DNA of 64,000 nt, from the NCBI RefSeq assembly GCF_001447785.1, contig NW_015164664.1, positions 124,001 to 188,000 of the forward strand, given 5' to 3'. Shown here piece by piece: positions 1 to 11,669 of this stretch (position 1 is its first letter; each line of letters starts with the position of its first letter). The position numbers and the translations under genes are program-made. Origin of the DNA: Gekko japonicus. Its lineage: Eukaryota. Under the pieces are notes generated by a model. It ran no database searches and was not told the origin of the DNA. It saw only the letters and a program-made list of their open reading frames with translations.

Positions 1-322
1 GACGGTAGCTTGATCACCAAGGACCACAAGAATTGATTGAAACTCTCTGTGTATGTGCACAGCTGCGTAACATGTGTTCCCAAGCATGTTGGAACATGAC
101 CTTTCCTTCCAGGTGGATGGAGACAGCAGACCTTGCTGCCCTCCCCCCCACCCCATGCAAGACAAGGTTCTGGGTGACAAGTTTGGGGGCCCCTGATGTG
201 GCCTTTGTCTGTGCCCTGGCATCGTCCCCCCTTCCCCACCCTTTTTGGGGGCTCAGTCAGTGATGCAGCCTGAATTTCCTCCACCGTCCCAGATGACACT
301 GCCTTTTTCTCTGCCATACAAG

Positions 323-3300
323 GCCACAGGCCCCTTCCTACACATTGGAGCTGTGGTCGGTGTGACACTGCTTGCCTGGCCAGTGGTGGACTGCTTCTAT
401 CGTACATCCCGCTCAGGTACTGGAGAGACCAAAGCTTGCAGGCTGGGGCTCTTAGCCGAGGTCATGGGAAAAGTTACCGTACTTTGTGCCCTCTTGTCTC
501 TCACCCACCCCACCCCCAGTACTAGTCATTAAAGACCCTTCAGCAATACATTTACATCTTTTTAGAATCTGTGTTTGGGTTTACTCATGAGGTTGTTAAA
601 CCATATGGGGCTGCAGTGGAGTATACCGAAGTGAACTTTGTGGGCGAGCTTTCAGCAACTGGTGCTGTCATTCTGTTTAGCTCTGTTTTGGAGATTTAGT
701 ACCTCACTAGAAGGGAAGGAAGACACAGCCTAAGAAATGGGGGGGGGGCAGGGCAGGTGTTCAGAGTGGATGCTCTTTAACTAGGAGGCCTTTGGAGGGA
801 TGGGGCTGCAAGTCTTATGATCCAATGCATTTTTCATGGCTGCAGGAAGAACACCTGTCATGGTATCTCATGTGCATTTCCCATTTATGTGTCTTGACAG
901 CCCTCGGAGTACTTCTCCTGCTACTGTACCTAGGAATAGTGATTGCTTTGTATCTGGCACCACTGGGTATTGACTCTCCCTGTGTTATGGAGCACAGCCA
1001 GCTGCCCCCCAAGCCAGCTCTGTTTGGGCATCGTGGGGCTCCCATGGTAAGTAGCTAGCGCCTCCAGTTGCTCCTGCAGCACAAGGAGGAGCACAGGATG
1101 AAGTGGCATTTGCCACTTGTAAGCTGCCTTGAGCTCCACAAGGTAAAAGAAGGCTGATATGTGTTTTAAATAAATTAAACGAACTGAGGATGGGTGGAAG
1201 AAAATACAACCAGAGAGGCTGAAGGAAGGTGTTGAGGCTACTTGCTTGCTTCCCTCCAAGGAGCAGCCCTTGGAGGCTGAACTTGTCTCCATATCCCTGG
1301 ATTCTTCCCAGACATGAGTAACAAGAACTGGTGTAACAGCTTCTGCAGTCCATCCTCTCTGGGACTTTTGTAGCCTCCCCTGGAAACCAGGGACTTATCT
1401 GGCCATGGATGCTACCTACGGCTCCTGTTAGTGGCTCTCAGCCTCACACACTCAATGCTGTCAGTGACTCTGGGAGTGTGCACTGCAGACCGCAGCCTCC
1501 AAGTTAGGAGTGGGTTGATGAGGCATCAAGATCTACAATCACAAATCTGTCACTCTTGATCTTCCTCCAGCTTGCACCTGAGAACACACTGATGTCCTTC
1601 CAGAAGGCACTCAACTGTGGTGTGCGTGTACTAGAGACTGATGTCCTACTGAGGTAAGGGCAAAGGAAGACAAGAGATGTTTGTCAGGAAGGGGAAGCTT
1701 CCTTGGGCTCTCGAAGCATCCTTCAGAATCTTTCACTCATTCCTAATAATTTCTTTTGCTTTTGTCTGGCTTAAAAAAAATAATCTTTCACTTGTTCTTC
1801 AGGAAGTAGAGATGAGTCCAATATCTGGCCAAACTCTTTCTCTTTCCAGTGCTGATGGAGTCCCTTTTATCATGCATGATGAGAAGCTCACTCGGACAAC
1901 AAATGTGCAAGAACTCTTTCCTACTCGGGCCCATTCCAATGCCAGCTCCTTCAGCTGGTCAGAACTGCAGCAACTGGATGCTGGCAGCTGGTTCCTGCAG
2001 GTGAGGGTCAGAAGAGGGTGCCAAGATCGCCCTGACCTGGATAGCCCAGGCAAGCCCGATCTCATCAGATCTTGGAAGCTAAGTAGGGCCGACTCTAGTA
2101 AGTACGTGGAAGGGAGACCTCCAAGGAACACCAGGGCCGGGATGCAGACAATCAAGCCACCTCTCTGAAAATGTCCTAGTCCCACTAGGAGTCACCAGAA
2201 GTCACCGTGGCTTGCAAGCAGACATACAAATTTTAAAGAGTTTGAAAAAGAAGTGGGTACTAAGATGAAGCCTGCACAAATTTGATTTAGAAGAGGATGC
2301 AGCTCACATGCTTTACAAACAACAGGTTGCTCCGCAGTATCTCATTAAAATGAGTTCTCTGGTAGCAAATATTGGGGAAGACCTTTTTTGTGTCAGAGGA
2401 CCGGGAGAGCCACTGACAGCCAGAGGAGACAGTGCCAAGTTCGATGGACCTGCAGTCTGATGCAGTATGAAGTAGCTTCATATACTTATGTATGGTTTGG
2501 CTTTCTTGCCCAAGTCACCTCAAGTTAGTTGTTTTCTGCAGTGTACCTGCCCTCTGTCAGTGGCACAGTCTAATGGGGAGTCTGCTGGGTAAAAGGACCT
2601 GCCATGGGAAAGGGATTGGGGGGGGGGGATTTCTATCAAATATTTTTAATTTAAGGTTTACACTGTAGACTCTTGGAACTAAAGTGACCCTTGGTAAAAT
2701 AAAACTTCTATACTGTTAACTAAAAAGCAGCATAAATATGGCAACTCATCAGACAGTGAGCAGGAGCAAACCTCTTGAATCCAGTGAGTCCATGGTGGCC
2801 ACACCCATGGGGCAAAAACTCCAGACTAGGAATGGGAACATCTCAGCAGGCCCAAGCCAAGAGACAGTACAGAATTCCATGGACTGCAGGCTGACATGGC
2901 AAAGCCTCTAGAGGTCCCCTTGATACATGGGGGTAATTGTGTCTTACCATTATGAGGGGTGACACGATCGAGGTTTATAAGATTATGCATGGGAAAGAGC
3001 GGGTAGAGAAAGAGGTACTTTTCTCTCTTTCTCACAATACAAAAAATCGTGGGCACTCCATGAAACTGCTGAGCAGTCGGGTTAGAACGGATAAAAGGAA
3101 GTCCTTCTGCACCCAAAGAGTGATGGACACATGGAATTCACTGCCACAGGAGGTGGTGGCGGCTACAAGCATGGATGGCTTCAAAAGGAAATTAGATAAG
3201 CATATGGAGCAGAGGTCCATCAGTGGCTATTAGCCACAAGGTATAGATAGGGGCTCTGGGGCAAGTGATGCTCTTGTCTTCTTGGTGCTTGCTGGGGGGG

Positions 3301-6300
3301 TCAGCAGTGGGAGGGCTTCTAATGTCCTGGCCCCACTGGTGGACCTCCTGATGGCACTGGTATTTCTGGCCACTGTGTGACACAGAGTATTAGACTGGAT
3401 GGGCCTTTGGCCTGATCCAACATTGGCGTCTCTTATGTTCTTATCTCTAATTGTAGCCCCTTACTCTTGTTTCCTACTAGCAAATGTATAGCACATGCAT
3501 GTCCCTCTCCTGTTCCATTCACATATATGGAAAAGAGAAAGATTTGTTTTCCCTGGTGTGTACAGCAAGAAGTAAGGTGGGGAGAGCTCAGCAAATAGTT
3601 TGAGTTGCTCCTGGGGATCATGAAGCCCTTTGTGGGGCTGGCTCGAGAAAGACCTTGGTAGGAACAGGCTAAAGCAGCGGGTTCTGACATGCTCTCAATG
3701 GCTTCCTTTGCCTTCCCAGAAATACCCCTTCCCCACAGCACAAAGCTTCTCAAGCTCAGAACAGGCCACAGTGCATGCACAGAAGATCCTGTCACTGAAT
3801 CAGCTGCTGGAAGAGGCTGCGAGACACAACGTATCTGTCATGTTTGACTTGCGGCCTGAGGAGGATCCCCAGTATGAGTACCTTGTCAACGTTACTGTAG
3901 AGACCATCCTCCAGTCAGGCATCGCTCCCGAGCTGGTGAGTGTGGCTGGGGCCAAGCGTGAAGACTGGTCTTCTAAGCTAGTATCCTGGGAGGGGGGTGG
4001 GTTCAAAGGGTGGTAGACTTCCTGACAAAGGGAGCACACAGGCTTGTCTTGTGAAACTTAATCTAGGTTAAGCCCGTCTCTCCCCCAACCCAAAGGCTAT
4101 GCAAAAATAAGAAAGCACTTGGACTAATCATATGATGCACAATTATGCAGTTAAAATCCACGCTATATAACCTGCTTATATATTGGTGTTCCTTGGCAAT
4201 AGATTTTATGGTCTTCATTATGCATACTCTAAGTCCTGTAATTTTGGATTCGGTGCTGAATGATCCATGTAAGAGTTGTGCCTAGTCTGTCACCACTATT
4301 CCCATTGTATAGGCTGTAGAACTGAGGCTGAGTTTCAGGCTTGAGGCACGGCTTATCATCTTGGGCTCTAACATGGCCAGTTGATGGCCTAGGGCTGCTC
4401 ACAAGTGGATGTGATGAAAGTACACATCTAATAAACTGGCAGAGACCACTTTTGAACACAAGGGGGGAAGGACTTGCCCAACATTACTCAAGCCTTTGAA
4501 CCCAGGTCCAAGCCCAATTGTCTGTCTATTGGGTCAGGCCAACTCTTGATTTTTTAGCTGGAAGCCACAATATGGTAAATTTCCTGCCCTTCCTTTCAGG
4601 ATATGAGTAGCAAATGTCTCCCATTTCATGCTCTGGAGTATGCCTTGTGCCTCCCCGTTTCATCTTCTATTGACTCTGTTAGCTAGATATGACTGAAAAG
4701 GATGAGGAATAAGGAACCGTACCTCACACATTTTATTTCCTCTCCAGATTCTGTGGCTGCCAAAAGAGTTTCGAGAGCAGGTAAAGAAGCGGGCACCCAG
4801 GTTCCAGCAGGTCTATGGCCGGAAGAGGACGAATAATGAGACGAACAAGTTGCTATATGTTAACCTGCCCTACCAAAACCTGAGCAGCACAGAAATCAGG
4901 TTGGCCGGGGAGAGGGGATACTAGTGACTATCAGTGTTCCCTCTAAGCTCAGTTAGTGTGAGCTAGCTCACAGCTTTTTAGCCTCCAGCTCACAGATTTT
5001 TGTCTTAGCTCAGGAAGGATGGTGGCTCCAGAGCAAACTAATTTATGCAGCAGCCAAATCGCTTGCTCACAACTTTAATGCCAGTACCTCACAAAGTACA
5101 ATTTTTGCTCACAAGACTCCACAGCTTAGAGGGAGTATTGGTGACAATAGGTCTATGTACAGACTGTGCAGCTGTGTTCAAGTACAGTATTGTGGGCCCA
5201 AAAGTTAACATCTTGCGCATCGCTACATGTGTATTTTGCTTCTAGAATTTATAGTTGCAGAGACAAGTTTAAAGATATGGGTACTCAGTAAAATCTTCAA
5301 AACTAGAGAGGAGCTAAGCAAGACTGATAAAGAAATAAGGCACATGAGTGGTCTGCATAGCTATCATCCTTTCGCATTGCCAGCAAAAGCAAAGCGAATT
5401 AGAAAATACCTGGAAGTCTTGCATAGTTTAAGCAGACATCTTTATTTTATACCCCACCCTCCCTGCTGAAGCAGGCTCAGGGCAACTCTGGACTGTTAGT
5501 TAAGATGATACCTGTCCCAAGATACTCAACTGTCCTGGAACACGGTAGCAGAAGGTGGTGCTCCAGCACTTGATGTCTTCAGTTTCCTGGTCTCTATCTT
5601 CTCCTTCTCTGGGGACCAGCTTTCTCTCCCTGCACCTTAGAGACATAGAGTTTGGCCACTGCGCTTCTTCTCTGGGGAAACTTCCATGTGACTACCTACT
5701 GTTGTGTTAGTACTAGTGTGTGTGTGTCTCTCTCTCCCCTTCTTTCCTAGAGAATACCGCCATGACAACATCTCTGTCAACCTGTATGTGGTGAATGCTC
5801 CATGGCTCTTCTCAGTCCTATGGTGTGCAGGAACCAGCTCAGTCACTACTAATGCCTGTCATGTGCTGCAGAAGATGGAGCGTCCCCTCTGGCTCCTGGT
5901 GAGGGCCATCTCAGTACCCAGCGATCCCCCCCCCCCCGTAGCGAGGGTGGATATTTAAGGAGATTGACAGCTGCCAGTTTACCACTTCAGCCCTCCCAAC
6001 CACTCCACTGATTACCATTCCCTTTGTTTCCCTCAACCCAGCCTCCTGCCACATACCAAATGATCTGGATTGTTACCGACTGTGTCTCCTTACTGCTGAT
6101 TGGCTGGGCCTTCCTGCTACTGAAGTGAGTACCCTTTGACTGGTGCCTTGGCTCCTGATGCAATGCCAACTCCCTTCTGTATTTGGAAAGACATAGTTCA
6201 GTGGTCAAGGGATTGCCAGCTGGCTTGCAAATGTGCAGAGGTAAAGACTGAACTGAGCCTCGAGGGCTCCGTGGGATCTGTTCCTAATGGAAGCTGGAAC

Positions 6301-7008
6301 AGGCCTTGGCCTTGTACAAAGAACACAAGTGAAGCATTCCTCTTTAATACAAGGGCAGAAGCCCTTTTCTCTGTTGCTAGCTACAGCTCACGGGGGTATC
6401 TTCATGCTCACAAACCAGGCACGGGGTAGGACATGAATCTCTTTGAACTAATTCTCCTCCCTTGTCTCCTTACAGAAAGTGGTCCCGGAGAAAAGAGTCA
6501 TCAGGTAAAGGAGGGCTTGTGGGTTTCTTGGAATTCTTGACACTCCTGGTGTCTTGCATGTGTTGTAGACTTGTTAGTCATTGGAGTAGGACTTTATGCA
6601 TGCATCATCGCTGATGGGTGCAGAACTGGAAAGGTGGGATATCCATAAGAACTCCCCCAGCACACGCTTTCTTAGAGGTTGTTATAGTTGCAATATTGGC
6701 CATTTATCAAACTTGTGCATTGAGTCTCCTACCACACTTTCTTTTTAAGACAAACCTGCTTCACTTCAAGGCAGGGCTCCTTCAGCTGGTCCAAACACAT
6801 CTCAGATGCATAAGCAACTTTAAATACAACTGCATACTGAATTGCTCTGCCCTCAAATAGCGGCTGAACAGCAATATTCAGGACCACTGCAGCAAGACTG
6901 CCAAGTTCCAGCTCAGAGGCTCCTGTACTGACATCCATCTCCTTGGTTCTTCCAGGTTCTGACTCGGATGTGCTATTGACAAAGATCCACAGCCTCCTGT
7001 CTGAGTGA
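323..7008 (+). CDS. GDPD2: Glycerophosphodiester phosphodiesterase domain-containing protein 2 (GDE3), 3' part; 5' exons lie upstream of the window
   Basis: Phase-consistent GT-AG exons: 323-416, 901-1046, 1571-1653, 1850-2000, 3720-3935, 4748-4899, 5751-5898, 6042-6124, 6476-6504, 6956-7008 (TGA). Translation gives the GDPD motifs [60 protein letters not shown], a final TM helix and C-terminus [12 protein letters not shown] (GDPD2-like rather than the long GDPD5 tail). Confidence 0.93.
2027..2220 (+). mobile_element. 5S rRNA-derived SINE (SINE3 / 5S-Sauria-like)
   Basis: gcccgatctcatcagatcttggaagctaagtagggcc...gggagacc is a diverged copy of the 5S rRNA internal control region, followed by a non-5S tail. 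Confidence 0.75.
2365..2485 (+). mobile_element. SINE fragment with a CR1-like 3' tail
   Basis: gagagccactgacagcc...gatggacctgcagtctgatgcagtatgaagtagcttcatat resembles the CR1-type 3' end shared by squamate SINEs. Confidence 0.5.
2950..3442 (+). mobile_element. CR1 LINE, 5'-truncated (ORF2 C-terminus and 3' UTR)
   Basis: ORF 2937-3233 [13 protein letters not shown]...RGHSMKL...[16 protein letters not shown] is a typical CR1 ORF2 end; terminal ctggatgggcc...tcttatgttcttat repeat. Confidence 0.9.
4932..5140 (+). mobile_element. hAT-type MITE, family copy 1
   Basis: TIRs cagtgttccctctaagct / agcttagagggagtattg; 8-bp TSD gtgactat/gtgacaat; near-identical copies at 26039 and 44882. Confidence 0.85.
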
Positions 7009-7351
7009 CAGGGAAGTAGTCTGAAGAGAACCCCAGGACCTGCCTCTCCTGTGACTGGCTTTGAGATCTCTCTTCATGGGGCTCATTCGCTGCTACGATC
7101 CACTGGTACTGCAGCAGTCTCTCCTCCCCCAAGTCCAAGAGCAGCACCATTTGTGTTGCCTTGAACCAGGATAAACTGGACTCCTGTATTTCAATCTGTA
7201 CCCTCCTCTACATGGCACAGTGAGGGGACTTTACAGGTACTCTTTCACCTGCCCAGTGGAGTTATACCATCTGGACCAGTGGCTGGGCTCCTCCTGTCTC
7301 CTCAGCGTGATAAGTGACAGGATTCTTTTCACTGTGGCTGAAACATTTGTA

Positions 7352-7357
7352 AATAAA
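7352..7357 (+). terminator. Candidate GDPD2 polyadenylation signal (AATAAA)
   Basis: First AATAAA, about 345 nt after the GDPD2 stop; a second lies near 7549. Confidence 0.5.
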
Positions 7358-7860
7358 GCATCCTCTGAGGGTCAGAGGTGAAATAGGTTCTGATTCTTTG
7401 GGAAGGGAGAGGGCATCCTTTCTCTTTACAGCCGCCTAAGAACTTTACACTTCAAAGATTTACTGCAACTTTCACCCCGGGCCATCTGCTGGAACTCTGC
7501 AGAATGCTAGGTGGAGCGGTGGTCTGCTCCAGCTCCCTGGGGGTGGGTAAATAAATGCTTGCAGCCAGACACCACCCTATTGTTTCAAGTCCAGTGTTGC
7601 TAATTGATTTTTTTTCTCAGTTAGATATCAGCCCCAGAATTTCTCACACAAAGGTTCACTTGTATAGCATGTGAGGCCATTTCTTTTGTTCATGGTTGTC
7701 TCTCAGTGCTCCTTTAAAAAAAAATAATCTTGATTTGTGCCTGTCACTGATATAGACTTTGGGGACAGAAGAGTACAGTTGAGGATCCAAATTAATTTCT
7801 GTCCTACAAATTTAGCAATAACCTCTTTCACAGGAAAATTGGGCTCATTTCCCTGTATAA

Positions 7861-8025
7861 CACCATTTGTGTTGCCTTGAACCAGGATAAACTGGACTCC
7901 TGTATTTCAATCTGTACCCTCCTCTACATGGCACAGTGTTCTGATTCTTTGGGAAGGGAGAGGGCATCCTTTCTCTTTACAGCCGCCTAAGAACTTTACA
8001 CTTCAAAGATTTACTGCAACTTTCA
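7861..8025 (+). repeat. Local templated duplication: 7145-7222 joined to 7388-7474, flanked by direct repeats
   Basis: Exact copies of two nearby segments; tcatttccctgtataa at 7845-7860 and 8023-8038. Confidence 0.9.
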
Positions 8026-8580
8026 TTTCCCTGTATAATGTTAGGCAGCCATTGATTACATTAGGTAGATTCCCTGATTGAATTTGTTTGAATTTGTTTC
8101 CCGTGTAGCTGTCTTCAAACTCTACAGAGCATGAGTAGAGTGGACTACCGCTGAAGCTTTGGGGCAGCTTCAATAATGCATGGTACAGTGATCACATCAC
8201 TAAATGAGCTCTTACAGATCCTGTTAGATTTGGGACGAAAGCACTGCAGCTCTTGACCAGCAGGTGACACTCTCTCCTTGTGACTGGCTGCCTGTAAAGG
8301 AAGCCTAGAGGGAGCTACTGGTGTCTTTCATTTCTTCTACTGAACGCAAGCTCTGTCTATATAAATCAATCTGCATGATCATTGGAGTGGTGGGATGGAA
8401 ACACGTTTACCAACATTTTGAAAATAAGCCACCTTCTGCTCAATGTTATGGTTTCAGTATCAACTACAGCTCTTTTGCCTTGATGCAAATATAGCCAAGG
8501 TTGTGTACATTGTATCTTACACAAGCTACATGTAGCTTTTTTGATACAGAGCTCTGGTATTTTGTTTTAAACAAAAGCCA

Positions 8581-9720
8581 TAACATAAAAAGAGCCCTAC
8601 TGGATTGGACCAATGGCCTATCTAGTCCAGCATCCTGTCTCAGACAGTGGCCAGCCAGTTCCTCTGGAAGGCTAACCACAGGGCACAAAGGCCAAAACCT
8701 TTCCCTCCTGTTTCCTCCTGGCACTCTCCTTTAGTCTCCATGGCTAGTAGCCACTGACAGACCCATCGTCCACAATCTATCAAATCCCATTTTAAAGCTG
8801 TCTGTGGCTGTGGCCAGCACTACATCCTCCGGCAGCAAATCCCAGTTTAATTACTTGCTGTGTACGGAAGGATTTCCTTTTGTCTGTCCTGAATCTACCG
8901 CCCATCAGCTTCATTTGACGCCCTTGAGTTCTAGCATTTTGGGAGGGAGAAAAAGTTATTTGTCAACTCTCTCCACCCCACACGTCTCCCCTTAATCATC
9001 TCTTTTCTAAACGGAAAAGTCCCAGACTCTTTAACCTTTCGTCATAGGGAAGGCTGACACTTCCACTGAGCTATCTACTATGACCCTCTCAGTCTCTGCA
9101 GATCCCATTAGCCTATACTTGAAGCTGCGATTTCTTTGTACCAAAGTGCGTCAACTAATACTTACCAACACTGAACTTCATCTGACACACTGTCCCCTGC
9201 TCACCCAATTTGTGGAGATCCTCCTTGAGTTCTTCACAGTCATTCTTGGTTTTCACCATCCTGAAGTATTTTCTGTCGTCTGCAGACTTGGCCACTACAC
9301 TACTCACCCCTAGTTCCAGATAATTTATGAACACATAGTACCGGCCCCAATACTGATTCTTGTGGGACCCCACTGCTTACTTCTCTCCATTGTGGGAACT
9401 GTCCACTTATTCCTACTCTTTGCTTCCTGTCACTGAACCAGTTTTATTTTATAAGACAACCTGTCCTCTTATGATGGGCTCTTTTTGTAGCAGGAACTCC
9501 TTTGCATATTAGGCCACACACCCCTAATGTAGCCAATCCTCCAAGAGCTTACAGAGCTCTTCTTACAGGGGCTACTGTAAGCTCTTGGAGGATTGGCTAC
9601 ATTAGGGGTGTGTCACTTAATATGCAAATTAGTTCCTGCTACAAAAAGAGCCCTGCCCGGGTTTTCTCAGGAGTCTTTGGTGAAGCATCTTGTTGAAAGC
9701 CTTTTGAAAGTCCAACAAAC
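8581..9720 (-). mobile_element. Degraded CR1 LINE, interrupted by a MITE at 9476-9655
   Basis: Minus ORF 9155-9373 INYLELGVSSVVAKSADD...EELKEDLHKL..QMKFSVGK (RT motif FADD degenerate); CR1 3' end at about 8581. Confidence 0.85.
9476..9655. mobile_element. Palindromic (fold-back) MITE
   Basis: gggctctttttgtagcaggaact...agttcctgctacaaaaagagccc; inverted arms of about 80 bp. Confidence 0.8.
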
Positions 9721-10696
9721 TTCTGTGGTTGAAAAAGTGGAAGGATTTGTGCCAGAATCTAGCTCTGGGTGCACCTAGTTCTAACAAGTAACTGCTGTTA
9801 ATAATACCACAACTGCAGATAGCATGTCTCAGCTAGGCAAGGAAGATGAGAGCAAGCTGCTTCCTAAGAGTGCGCAGAGCAGCCACGGGAGCTTGGACAT
9901 AGTTGGGAGCAGCCAGTTCTGTTGGCAGAAACACACTCGAGGGCTGCTCCCAAGGCTGCTGGTGGGAGGAATGGAATGGAATGTGCTGGCTGCCTGAGAG
10001 CAACTCTCTGTGCCGGAATGCAGCCTGCCCAAGAAGTCATCCAGAGCAGGCAGGGCTGCTCTCTCCACAGAGCAGGACACAAAGGCTGGCCAGAAGTGGA
10101 GGCGCCTCCTTGCAGTTGCTGCCTGGCTTTTCCTTCCCTAATTTTATTTGCAAATACAAAACAAAAAAGAAAGAAAAGGAAAAAAAACCAGGCAACTGAA
10201 CAGACCATCTTGTCACAAGAAGAGTGAGGTTTCTGCTTGTAAAAAATGTATTTGGGAATCGAGGGGGGAGGTTACTTCCAAAACTTCTCTAAGGAATTAA
10301 GGGCTGTATAAAAAGTCAGAGGGATAATCTCCCTGTAAGTTTGGCCTTTCTTAGAGTTATCTATATTCATGAACAGCTCTCCTTCCCATCCTTCTCTGGG
10401 AACGCCTCACAACAAAAATGTATGTCTCTACAGCTAACACCTTTTTTGTTTTAGTGCCATAACCTACAACTGCTGTGCCTCAGAACCACTTTGGCTAGAT
10501 TCGTACAGCTGCCAGAGACTCAGCACCTCTTCTCCAGCTGGGAGTGAGTGGAACAAATGCGGCTGGGGACAAGCTGCTCCATGCCTCTGTCAAGGTGGAG
10601 CAGCTTTCCCCCCTACAATGATAGCAACAGCCTATTGGGGAGGGCTCTCTCCCCTTCCAGGCAGAGGCAGCAACTCGATCAGAGAAACAGATGGGT

Positions 10697-10791
10697 AGGA
10701 CTAGCAAAAGGACCAGCAGGAGCTCAGAATCCCCCCCCCCCCCCAAGGACTAGCAAAAGGACCAGCGGGGCCTCAAAACCCCCCCCCCCCC
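10697..10791 (+). repeat. Two-unit tandem repeat with poly-C tracts
   Basis: aggactagcaaaaggaccagc...(C)n occurs twice. Confidence 0.75.
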
Positions 10792-10821
10792 GAAAAATTA
10801 GAGCCTATCTCCTCAAAGGAT

Positions 10822-11162
10822 CGGGGCCGCGGGTGGCTGAGAGGTTAAGATGCTGAGCTGCAGACTGGAAGGTCTGTAGTTCAGCGGTTCAAGACTGAGT
10901 GCCACGGGACGGAGTGAGCTCCCATCTCTGGCCCCCGTTCCTGCCAACCTAGCAGTTTGAAAGCAAGAAACTGCAAGTAGATAAATAAGTACCACTTCAG
11001 TGGGAAGGTAATACCGTTCTGTGCGCCTTGGTGTTTAGTCATGCAGGCCACATGACCACAGAAACGTCTTCGGACAGCGCTGGCTCTACGGCTTTGAAAC
11101 GGAGATGAGCACCGCAACCCTAGAGTCGGATTTGACTAGCTTTCAAGCAAGGGAAACCTTTA
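10822..11162 (+). mobile_element. Sauria SINE, full length
   Basis: tRNA-like head (tggctgagaggttaa...ggttcaag), core cctgccaacctagcagtttgaaagc...gtagataaata.gtacc, tail acctttacct; 11-bp TSD cctcaaaggat (10811-10821 / 11163-11173). Confidence 0.88.
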
Positions 11163-11251
11163 CCTCAAAGGATAAGATACTCATTTAAGTATTCAACTTT
11201 TAGACCAACTCACAGCCTCCAAATCTCTCTCTCTCCCCCTTGCTCAAAAGC

Positions 11252-11530
11252 CAGTCGAATCCGACTCTAGGGTTGCAGTGCTCATCTCCATTTCAAAGCT
11301 GAAGAGCTAGTGCTGTCCGAAGACGTTTCTGTGGTCATGTGGCCGGCATGACTAAACACCAAGGCGCACGGAACACTGTTACCTTCCCACTGAAGTGGTA
11401 CCTATTTATCTACTTGCAATTTCTTGCTTTCGAACTGCTAGGTTGGCAGGAGCTGGAACTAGAGACGGGAGCTCACTCCGTCATGCAGCAACTCAGGTCT
11501 CGAACTGCTGAACTACCGACCTTCCACAGC
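11252..11530 (-). mobile_element. Sauria SINE, inverted relative to the neighbouring copy
   Basis: Reverse complement aligns to most of 10822-11162. Confidence 0.85.
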
Positions 11531-11669
11531 AAACCAACCATGCCTCTCATCACCAGACACCAGGGACAAACAGAAGATTGCTTTCCCTTTCATGCCTGGC
11601 TTCTGAGCTTCCCAGCAGCATCCAGAGAGCCATGGGCACAGTGGGCTTGAAGAAACAGATCGTTTTGAT

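Noticed and set aside
2054-2140. 5S rRNA gene
   Set aside because: Diverged, lacks authentic 5S ends and continues into a SINE tail; it is a 5S-derived SINE. The same applies to 35803-35965.
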